DNA of 64,000 nt, from assembly GCA_964016885.1 (NCBI GenBank), contig OZ024756.1, positions 11,842,001 through 11,906,000 on the forward strand, read 5' to 3'. This document shows positions 52,083-64,000 of the stretch, one piece after another; positions within the stretch are counted from its first letter, which is position 1; every line of letters starts with the position of its first letter. The notes under the pieces are model-generated. The model was not told the DNA's origin, made no database searches, and saw only the letters and a program-made list of their open reading frames with translations. The position numbers and the translations under genes are program-made. The DNA comes from Eledone cirrhosa. Lineage: Eukaryota.

Positions 52083-52589
52083 TTATATATATATATATAA
52101 TGCATGTATACAAAGGGCGGAAGAACTTATAAGAGTCAACGGCCATCCAAAAGTGTGGAAATATGTATATACACATGTACAGCGCGGTTAAACCACTGGG
52201 AGTGAAGGACCCCTAGCCTTTATCAGGGCATTCTTCTAGGAGAAGGCAACTCAGGAAACTGGGATAACTCCAATATAAAACCTGCGGCTCAGTAGTTACC
52301 GATGATGTTGATCTTTTCTTCTTTTCGGGTTATAGCTACTGTCGCTCAGAGAGTGGGATTGGCTCCGTGCACAGTCTTTCCTCACTTTAAAAAATATCTT
52401 CACGCACAGGCATTGCACGATAGAATTAATTAATAATTATTAATAATGCTATATTGTGCAATGGCCATACTCGATAACGAGGGGGCAGCCATCATATATC
52501 CATATAATTTATGTATGTGTGTATGTATATATGTATATGGATATATATTTGTATATATATATGTATGTATATATACATTTATATATATA

Positions 52590-54062
52590 TCATCATCATC
52601 ATCACCATCACCGTTTTACGTCCGTTCTTCCACGCTAGCATGGGTTAGACGGGTTGTCCTGTTGTGGGCAGTGTCCGGTCGGCTGACCATGTCTTGCTCA
52701 TGCGGGAACTGATTCTGGCTTGATTTCTACAGCTGGGTGCTTTTTTCCTTGGCGCCTACACGTCCACTTTACAGTGGGAAGATTTGGTGGCATATTGTCT
52801 ATATGCTTCAGCTTCGGCTTGTACTTGTTTGGGGGGGGGGGGGGGTCTTCTGTATTACTGCATGACGCCAGAGGTCACGGTCGTGTGTCATCGTCTTTGA
52901 GAGGTGTAATTGGGTAAGGTCGGCTTTTATCACCTCATCCCAGGTCTTCTTGGGTCTCCCCACTCGTCGGTTTCCATCGACTTCTACTGCTCTGCACCTT
53001 TTTATGCAGCTGTCATCCTTCATACGCATCACATGTCCATACTAACGCAACCGCCTCTCCTGCACACAGCATTTGATTCCTCCTATGCTCAGTCTCTCCC
53101 TCAATTCATTTATGCTTTGCGGTTCGCGTATATTACTATTACTCATCCATAGGAGCATGCAGACTTCGTTTCTTTCTAATCTACGCAAGTCTTCCACAGA
53201 CAGCGCCCAGGTCTCACTACCATGTAACATTGCTGTTCGTATACACGCATCATACATTGTGCCTTTCATTTTGAGCAGAAAGCCTTTTGCAGCTAGCAGT
53301 GGCAGTAGCTCCCTGAACTTCTTCATCCCGTTCTTACTCTAGTTATTGTACTTTCCGAACACCCACCTCGGCTGCTAATTCGGTCACCTAGGTAGCAGAA
53401 GCTGTCTACTGTTTCTACAGGGCCCTCCCAGAGATTGGTGGTACTTGTTTCCTGTGCCTGTTTGCTGCTTGCTGTCCCAGCACAGCTACTATATGTGAAG
53501 CCTACATTCTTAGTTAAGCTTCCTGAGATCCCGCTACATCTCTTGTGTACCCATTGTTTGCATTTGGGGCAAAAAATGGAGTTCCTACCTACACCTTTCC
53601 TACATACTGAGCAAGGCCATTTCCTTGAGGGGATCTGGGTTCTGTTTTATCGTCTACTTACAAGCACTTAGTCTTGTGTTGGGTGTCAGGTTGACTTTGA
53701 GACCCTTTCTTTCTAGTCCCTGCTTCCAAGTTTGGAATTTCTTCTCTAGTTCTACCATAGATTCAGCTATAAGTGTGAGGTCGTCTGCATACAGGAGTTC
53801 CCATGGGCATCCGGTCTTAAACTCCTCCGTTACTGCCTGCAGGACTATGATGAACAGGAGGCGGCTAAGAACAGAGCCCTGGTGGACATTGACCTGTACG
53901 CTAAATTCCTTGCTATACTCATTGCTAATCCTAACTTAGCTGACTGCTCCCCTATACGTGGCTTGTACAGCTTTCACAAGCCATTCATCTACTCCTAGTT
54001 TTCTAAGAGCCCACCAGATTACAGCACGTGGAACTCTGTCAAAGGCTTTCTCGAGATCGACG
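52590..54062 (-). pseudogene. Degraded 5'-truncated RTE-B LINE (RT region to GAT tail)
   Basis: Antisense FVDLEKAFDRV, LLYADDL, the Cys-rich finger and AMLHGSETWA, with stops/frameshifts. 3' UTR as at 1012-1330. Confidence 0.92.
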
Positions 54063-55425
54063 AATGTATATATTTATATATATATGTATGGTATGTGTAT
54101 ATATATATATGTATACTCTTTTAGCTGTTCCAGCCATCCGGCTGAGGCCATGCTGGGGCACCGCCCTTGAGATGTATGTATTTATATATATATATATGTA
54201 TGTATATATATACATATATGTATATATATATATAAGTTATTCCGGGTTGAATCGGGGGGGTAACCACAGTAAGTAAGGTACTCAATACATAGCAGAGTAT
54301 AAATGTTTTGATATAGAAAAGCTTCTACAGGACTAGAACTGTTTCATTCGTGAGAAATCATTAGGAAGCTCCTGATGATTTCTTACGAATAAAACAGTTC
54401 TAGTCCTGTAGAAGCTTTTCTATATATATATATATATATATAAGATTATTCCTTGCTAGTAACTAATTGTATTAAATTATACAGGTATCAAATTACATGA
54501 GTAGCAAATTTAATTTTCACTGCTTGCAATTCAAAATTCAATTATTGTTTACATACAAAATAAAATTTAGCATAGGGTATGAAGACATGTTTTTAAGTCT
54601 TCAGCAGATATTGCAAATATAAACACACACACACACACACACATATATCTATGTTTATATATACACATATGCATGCACACACTTACTCTCACACAGTTAC
54701 ACACACACACACACACACACACATATAATATATGTTACTGTAATGTTGGTATTCATAAGCCATTTGAGGAAATGGAATATTTCTGGTTTATGTGTAATGT
54801 TTCTTCTGCGAGGTAAACTAAACAAATTGAATACTGTTTTATGAAGCTGGAGGACGAATGAAGGTAGACCCCCCCACCCCCCACCCTCCTCTAAAAAAAA
54901 AACAAAAGGACATTTTCTTAAGAGTCCACTGCAGATGACAAACCAACCAAAATCTCTTGCATTTAAAATCCCTATAGCATTTAAACCGGCCATATCCAGT
55001 CAGAAATCTCTCACCTCTTTCTGTTCAAACCAGCTGTAACTGGTCACTCATACTGATGTTAAAGTGTTCTTCCCCAAAATAAATATCATCATCGAGAGAG
55101 TTGGAGGGAACTTGTTCGGCGTCACACATGTACACAAAATAGATGAAAAAATATACACACATACATGCATACATACCAACACACACATAGATACTCATCA
55201 TGTTTCAGATGTCTTGTCAAGAACAAGCTATAGCTTATATACATTTTTTCTCATATGAAACATCGGCTGGCGATGCTTATTTTCATATAGTGCCAGCTTG
55301 ACTGGTTTGGATTAATTAATGGTACCATTAACAATCTGCAGCTTATCACCTGACCTAACATTGCCCACAACAGGAAATATACGTAAAATGGAGGCGATGA
55401 TGTTATATGTATACGCACACAAATA

Positions 55426-55756
55426 ACATCATCATTTCATTCTACGTCCACTTTTCCCTGCTTGCAGGGGTGGGATGGGAACTGATTCTGGCTTGATTCC
55501 TAAGGCTGGATGCCCTTCCTAACACCAACCTCATTTACAGTGAGTGCTGGGTGCTTTTGTTTGCCGTGGCACCTCCACGACCACTTTGCAGTGGAATGAT
55601 AGAGACCCCAGTCCCTATCATCTCATTTCTACAGCTGAGTAAACTGGAGCAATGTGAAATAAAGTGTCTTGCTCAAGGAAACAACACATCACCCGGTCTG
55701 AGAATTGAACTCACAACCTTTCTATTGCAAGGCCAATGCTCTAACCACTAAGCCAT
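55426..55756 (-). mobile_element. SINE A copy
   Basis: Near full-length match. Confidence 0.85.
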
Positions 55757-55966
55757 ATATAAGATACATTTTCCATGTGTATCCGTTGTAGTATAGGTGG
55801 TAGTCTGAATGCATTGTGTGTATATACTATCAGGTGATTAGTTTTAATCTGTGAGGCTGTGCAATAGGTATCTGTTTATTGCCTGTTCTGTGAAGGTTTG
55901 TTATGGATGACTCAAATAAACCCACCATCTTGGATGGACATGTCTCTCTCTTTCTCTCTCTCTCTC

Positions 55967-56014
<48 letters not shown>

Positions 56015-56662
56015 TTATTCATTCCTGTATCTCTCTCTCTCCATCTCTCTCCCACTGCCCCTCCCTCTCTCCCTATATATATATATATATATATCTCCAC
56101 CTCTCTCTCTTTCACATTCAAACTGTTGATAATTGATAAAGTCACATAAGGAGGTGCGTGTCATAAAACATAACTAATGTTTATGATGAAGATAAACATC
56201 TTAAGTGCTAGTTACAGTTCCAGGTATTCTTAGTCTCAGGTAATTGCCACCTCTCAGATAAATTCTACTTAGACTGACCAATTGAATTCTACGAAACACA
56301 ATTTCAACTCTGTTCAATTGCCTGTAATTGACCAGGCTTCACCATTATAAGTTTTAAAAAAGAAGAAATAGGAATAAATAAAGTAATGGGGTAAAAGAAA
56401 ATGTGCCAAAAAGTATTTTATTAGTAATTTCATGATGTAAATGATACAGGAATTGTTTTTTTTGTTTTTCCTCTATCTGGCTAATCTGCATTGCAGATGT
56501 ACATCGACATAATAGATATGGGATTAATGAATATAGATAGGTTCCAGTGCAATCCCCTTGCTTGCCATTATGATCTTGTTGGCAAGGTAATTGAGAATTA
56601 CAGTTGGCCAAGGTGATGGCAAATAAGAAGCCGGCTGAATGGTTGACATTTCATATCATGTA

Positions 56663-57110
<448 letters not shown>

Positions 57111-57464
57111 ATATATATATATATATCTGTTTCTGGTAAATGCACTTTTCTTTCCATGCTCCACTCTAACTCTAAAGATGTACACTACAGCAATACAAGG
57201 GTTATGTAATTTGACAGTGTAGTCAACAGTTGCAATTTTCATGCACATTGCTTTACATCACTTTACATCACGATGGTACTTCTTTACCCATGACATATCT
57301 ACAGGCAACATAACCATTGCGTGACCCACCATGGCATGAAAATATGTATAATGCAATAAATACAATTATGTAAACACATCTTAACATTATTCTGTGTGTG
57401 TGTATATATATATATATATACATATGTGTGTATGTGGGTGTGAGTGTGTATATACATGTGTACA

Positions 57465-57750
57465 TATCATTATCATCATCATCATCATTATCACCGTTTT
57501 ACTTCCGTTCTTCCATGCTAGCATGGGTTAGACGGGTTGTCCTGTTGTGGGCAGTGTCCAGTCAGCTGACCTTGTTTTGCTCATATGGGAACTGATTCTG
57601 GCTTGATTTCTACAGGTGGATGCCTTTCCTAACACCAACCTCATTTTCAGTGTGGGCTGGGTGCTTTTTTGCCGTGGCACCTCCACGACCACTTTGCAGT
57701 GGGAGGGTGGGCAGGGGCATATACTATATATGCTTCAGCTTCAGCTTGTA
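57465..57750 (-). mobile_element. RTE-B 3' UTR-only fragment
   Basis: Near-identical to 1012-1325; (ATC)n on the + strand. Confidence 0.8.
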
Positions 57751-58006
57751 CAAGTTTGAGCGACCAGTTACAGCCAGTTTCAACAGAAAGAAGTAGAGAA
57801 TTCCAGTCGGTTTTGGCCGGTTTGAACACTAAAGGGTTAAATAAGTCATTTGAAAAATGGTATTTTTAACCCTTTTTATAACCCCACCCAAAACGGCTTC
57901 TGGTTTTATAAAACAAAACCACCCAATTTAAAAGATTCTTATGCAAAATAAAATCTTTCAACATGATTTGATATAACCACTTTTTGTTGTGTTATCTTAC
58001 TAATAC

Positions 58007-58187
58007 GGTGGATGGGCAGTATCGGTAGAGGGTCAGACACCATGCTTTCCAGCAGAGTTACGTCCATTTACGATCTGAGTTCAAATCCCGCCGAGGTTGA
58101 CTTTGCCTTTCATCCTTACGGGGTCGATAAAATAAAGTACCAGTAATGCACTGGGTAATTGCTGGCCTTGTGCCTAAAGTAGAAACA
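58007..58187 (+). mobile_element. tRNA-derived SINE 'B' (~180 bp) with 16-bp TSD
   Basis: Box A-like GGCAGTATCGG, box B GAGTTCAAATCCC, central GCCTTTCATCCTTACGGGGTCGATAAAATAAAGTACC. TSD GTTATCTTACTAATAC at 57991-58006 and 58188-58203. Confidence 0.9.
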
Positions 58188-58967
58188 GTTATCTTACTAA
58201 TACCATCTTAATGAAATAATTAGTAATTTAGTAAATCCTTCTAAATATTTTGTTAATTAATTGAGATATGACTAGAAATTGTCAGTCTTTAGAACATCAA
58301 ATAAAATACTTTGCAGTATTTGTTTCAGCTCTCTCCTCTTTAAGTTCCAATCTCACTGAGATCAACTTTACCTTTCATCCTTTCAAGATTGATAGAATAA
58401 AGTACCAGTCGAGTACTGGGGTCGATTCTCCCTCTATATCTCTTTGTCACTTCCTTTCTCTCACTCTCTATATTCTTCTCTGGGAGAAATCTACTTTATT
58501 CAGACCTGGAGAGGAAACCGTATGTCAATGCATCACCCCCTCGGGAGTTACACGACCATATCATATATACATGGCTAGGAATTAGTTAAATACTTGTAGA
58601 AATTGTTGAGAAATTTGAGTCATGTCAGCTTGGTAGGCAACCAGATGGGCAGTAGTTATTCATAAACATTAGTTATTTAATATAAGAAGTAAATAACTTT
58701 CACTCCATTATAAATATTTTAATTGAATGGATCAATTTCAGTGTATAATAAATTGATTAAATAGTCAATGTACTGATGTTAGACACAATATTAGCTTTTG
58801 ATTAAGTTCAAGTATATACAAACAAGCAGTACCATAAATGAATATAGCAGAAATTTTGGTAGAAGTTCAACTACCTTTCTTAACTCTTCACATCCTTAGA
58901 ATATGTAGAAATATCAAACACAGTCAATTGCTATAAATAATAGCTTAGAAAATCAGTTAAAATCCTT

Positions 58968-59275
58968 CTAAAGACCACTTTTATCTCTAAAGACCATTTT
59001 TATTTCTAAAGACCACTTTTATATCTTAAGACCACGTTTATCTCTAAAGACTGCTTTTATCTCTAAAGACTGCTTTTATCTCTTCAGACCATTTTTTATA
59101 TCTTAAGACCACTTTTATCTCTAAAGATCGCTTTTATCTCTAAAGACTGCTTTTATCTCTTCAGACCATTTTTTATATCTTAAGACCACTTTTATCTCTA
59201 AAGATCGCTTTTATCTCTAAAGACTGCTTTTATCTCTTCAGACCATTTTTTATATCTTAAGACCACTTTTATCTG
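58968..59275. repeat. ~20-bp tandem repeat with ~63-bp higher-order units
   Basis: CTAAAGACCACTTTTATCT variants. Confidence 0.85.
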
Positions 59276-60281
59276 TCTATGGGGGTCTTTTACCTGATAT
59301 TCTTAGCTACATTTCACACCAATTCACTCTGGTTGCAGTTTTCTGTGTTTGAGATTTCAACAAATTTTAAGAATTTCAATCTACTCAGACCATGCTAACC
59401 CATCCAACCCCTGGAAAACAGATGTAATATGATGATGATGGTGATGGTAGTGACAGTGATGCTGGCTGTGGTGATGATGATGGTTATGGTGGCAACTGGT
59501 GGTGGAGGTGATGATGATGGAAATGGATTTGACAGTGGTGGAGGTGGTAGTGATGATGGTGATGGTAATGACAGTGGTGGAGATGGTAGTGATGGTGATG
59601 GTGATGGTTTTGGCGATGGTAGTGATGATGATGGTGGTGGAGGTGGTAGTGATGATGATGATGATGGTGATGGTGATGATGCTGATGACAGTGGTGGAGA
59701 TGTAAGTGATGATGATGATGGTTTTGGTGATGACAGTGGTGGAGGTGGTAGTGATGATGATGGTTTTGGTGATGACAGTGGTGGAGGTGGTAGTGATGAT
59801 GGTTTTGGTGATAACAGTGGTGGAGGTGGTAGTGATGATGATGATGGTGATGATGGTTTTGGTGATGGTAGTGATGATGATGATGATGGTTTTGGTGATG
59901 ACAGTGGTAGTGATGATGGTTTTGGTGATGACAGTGGTGGAGGTGGTAGTGATGATGATGATGATGGTGATGGTGATGACAGTGGTGGAGATGGTAGTGA
60001 TGATGATGATGGTGGTGGAGGTGGTAGTGATGTTGATGGTGATGACAGTGGTGGAGACGGTAGTGATGATGATGATGGTGATGACAGTGGTGGAGGTGGT
60101 AGTGATGATGATGGTTATGCTGGTGATGACAGTGGTGATGGTGATGATGATGATTGGTACATTCTGGCTGCTGTGAAAGGTTTATTGATTTTAAAAATAA
60201 GTGACTTTTTAAAGTTCAGTATATTGAATTTTACATTTAGAAAATAGTTCAAAAATTTAAAAATGCATTTTTCCACCATTC

Positions 60282-63200
60282 CAGTCACTTCACACACTGA
60301 CAACAATATACAGTCACTTCACACACTGACAACAATATACAGTCACTTCACACACTGACAACAATATACAGTCACTTCACACTGACAACAATATACAGTC
60401 ACTTCACACTGACAACAATATACAGTCACTTCACACACTGACAACAATATACAGTCACTTCACACTGACAACAATATACAGTCACTTCACACACTGACAA
60501 CAATATACAGTCACTTCACACACTGACAACAATATACAGTCACTTCACACACTGACAACAATATACAGCCACTTCACACACTGACAACAATATACAGTCA
60601 CTTCACACTGACAACAATATACAGTCACTTCACACACTGACAACAATATACAGCCACTTCACACACTGACAACAATATACAGTCACTTCACACACTGACA
60701 ACAATATACAGTCACTTCACACTGACAACAATATACAGTCACTTCACACACTGACAACAATATACAGTCACTTCACACACTGACAACAATATACAGTCAC
60801 TTCACACTGACAACAATATACAGTCACTTCACACACTGACAACAATATACAGTCACTTCACACACTGACAACAATATACAGTCACTTCACACTGACAACA
60901 ATGTACAGTCACTTCACACACTGACAACAATATACAGTCACTTCACACACTGACAACAATATACATTCACTTCACACTGACAATATACAGTCACTTCACA
61001 CACTGACAACAATATACAGTCACTTCACACACTGACAACAATATACAGTCACTTCACACTGACAACAATATACAGTCACTTCACACACTGACAATATACA
61101 GTCACTTCACACACTGACAACAATATACAGTCACTTCACACACTGACAATATACAGTCACTTCACACGCTGACAACAATATACAGTCACTTCACACACTG
61201 ACAATATACAGTCACTTCACACACTGACAACAATATACAGTCACTTCACACACTGACAACAATATACAGTCACTTCACACTGACAACAATATACAGTCAC
61301 TTCACACACTGACAATATACAGTCACTTCACACACTGACAACAATATACAGTCACTTCACACACTGACAATATACAGTCACTTCACACACTGACAACAAT
61401 ATACAGTCACTTCACACACTGACAATATACAGTCACTTCACACACTGACAACAATATACAGTCACTTCACACACTGACAACAATATACAGTCATTTCACA
61501 CTGACAACAATATACAGTCACTTCACACACTGACAATATACAGTCACTTCACACACTGACAACAATATACAGTCACTTCACACTGACAACAATATACAGT
61601 CACTTCACACACTGACAACAATATAAGTCACTTCACACTGACAACAATATACAGTCACTTCACACACTGACAACAATATACAGTCACTTCACACTGACAA
61701 CAATATACAGTCACTTCACACACTGACAACAATATACAGTCACTTCACACACTGACAACAATATACAGTCACTTCACACTGACAACAATATACAGTCACT
61801 TCACACTGACAACAATATACAGTCACTTCACACTGACAACAATATACAGTCACTTCACACTGACAACAATATACAGTCACTTCACACACTGACAACAATA
61901 TACAGTCACTTCACACTGACAACAATATACAGTCACTTCACACACTGACAACAATATACAGTCACTTCACCCTGACAACAATATACAGTCACTTCACACT
62001 GACAACAATATACAGTCACTTCACACACTGACAACAATATACAGTCACTTCACACTGACAACAATATACAGTCACTTCACACACTGACAACAATATACAG
62101 TCACTTCACACTGACAACAATATACAGTCACTTCACACACTGACAACAATATACAGTCACTTCACACACTGACAACAATATACAGTCACTTCAGACACTG
62201 ACAACAATATACAGTCACTTCACACTGACAACAATATACAGTCACTTCACACTGACAACAATATACAGTCACTTCACACACTGACAACAATATACAGTCA
62301 CTTCACACTGACAACAATATACAGTCACTTCACACACTAACAACAATATACAGTCACTTCACACTGACAACAATATACAGTCACTTCACACACTGACAAC
62401 AATATACAGTCACTTCACACTGACAACAATATACAGTCACTTCACACACTGACAACAATATACAGTCACTTCACACTGACAACAATATACAGTCACTTCA
62501 CACTGACAACAATATACAGTCACTTCACACACTGACAACAATATACATTCACTTCACACACTGACAATATACAGTCACTTCACACACTGACAACAATATA
62601 CAGTCACTTCACACTGACAACAGTATACAGTCACTTCACACACTGACAACAACATACAGTCACTTCACACACTGACAACAATATACAGTCACTTCACACT
62701 GACAACAATATACAGTCACTTCACACTGACAACAATATACAGTCACTTCACACTGACAACAATATACAGTCACTTCACACTGACAACAATATACAGTCAC
62801 TTCACACTGACAACAATATACAGTCACTTCACACTGACAACAATATACATTCACTTCACACACTGACAATATACAGTCACTTCACACTCTGACAACAATA
62901 TACAGTCACTTCACACTGACAACAATATACAGTCACTTCACACTGACAACAATATACAGTCACTTCACACTGACAACAATATACAGTCACTTCACACTGA
63001 CAACAATATACAGTCACTTCACATTGACAACAATATACAGTCACTTCACACACTGACAACAATATACAGTCACTTCACACTGACAACAATATACAGTCAC
63101 TTCACACTGACAACAATATACAGTCACTTCACACACTGACAACAATATACAGTCACTTCACGCTGACAACAATATACAGTCACTTCACACACTGACAACA

Positions 63201-64000
63201 ATATACAGTCACTTCACACTGACAACATTATACAGTCACTTCACACACTGACAACAATATACAGTCACTTCACACACTGACAACAATATACAGTCATTTC
63301 ACACTGACAACAATATACAGTCACTTCACACACTGACAACAATATACAGTCACTTCACACTGACAACAATATACAGTCACTTCACACACTGACAACAATA
63401 TACAGTCACTTCACACTGACAACATTATACAGTCACTTCACACACTGACAACAATATACAGTCACTTCACACACTGACAACAATATACAGTCACTTCACA
63501 CTGACAACAATATACAGTCACTTCACACACTGACAACAATATACAGTCACTTCACACTGACAACAATATACAGTCACTTCACACTGACAACAATATACAG
63601 TCACTTCACACACTGACAACAATATACAGTCACTTCACACACTGACAACAATATACAGTCACTTCACACACTGACAACAATATACAGTCACTTCACACAC
63701 TGACAACAATATACAGTCACTTCACACTGACAACAATATACAGTCACTTCACACACTGACAACAATATACAGTCACTTCACACACGGACAACAATATACA
63801 GTCACTTCACACACTGACAACAATATACAGTCACTTCACACACTGACAACAATATACAGTCACTTCACACACTGACAACAATATACAGTCACTTCACACT
63901 GACAACAATATACAGTCACTTCACACACTGACAACAATATACAGTCACTTCACACACTGACAACAATATACAGTCACTTCACACACTGACAATATACAGT
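60282..64000. repeat. 26/27/29-bp satellite, runs off the window end
   Basis: CAGTCACTTCACA(CA)CTGACAA(CAA)TATA. Confidence 0.97.

Noticed and set aside
59429-60247. 272-aa Gly/Asp/Ser-rich ORF resembling an acidic matrix protein
   Set aside because: Translation of a (GAT/GGT)n compound microsatellite; no signal peptide or splice evidence.
62660-63062. Cys-rich CCQCEVTVY repeat ORFs
   Set aside because: Arise only where 27-bp satellite units run consecutively; 26/29-bp units break the frame.

Overview
Repeat-dominated animal genomic DNA with no confidently identifiable host gene. The SINE/LINE families and 5S sequence suggest an octopus/cephalopod (inference). The window holds one apparently intact single-ORF RTE-clade LINE (APE endonuclease + RT with an inserted PHD-like Cys/His finger, 2992-6432 minus), truncated copies of three RTE families with (GAT)n tails, three tRNA-derived SINE families, a TTAA-specific piggyBac-like MITE family, a Penelope-like GIY-YIG fragment, a near-complete 5S rRNA fused to an RTE 3' end, several large satellites (71-bp, 23/24-bp, 27/29-bp, 16-bp, ~60-bp), many microsatellites and a 200-N gap. 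The most notable hidden signal is at least 10 type I hammerhead-ribozyme folds from sequence-unrelated families. They sit next to (TA)n tracts, often as inverted pairs; six share a C-C mismatch at stem II position 4 and one has a compensatory U3-A8 core. Nearly all short ORFs in the track are microsatellite or SINE artefacts. All folds and alignments were made by eye, not computed.
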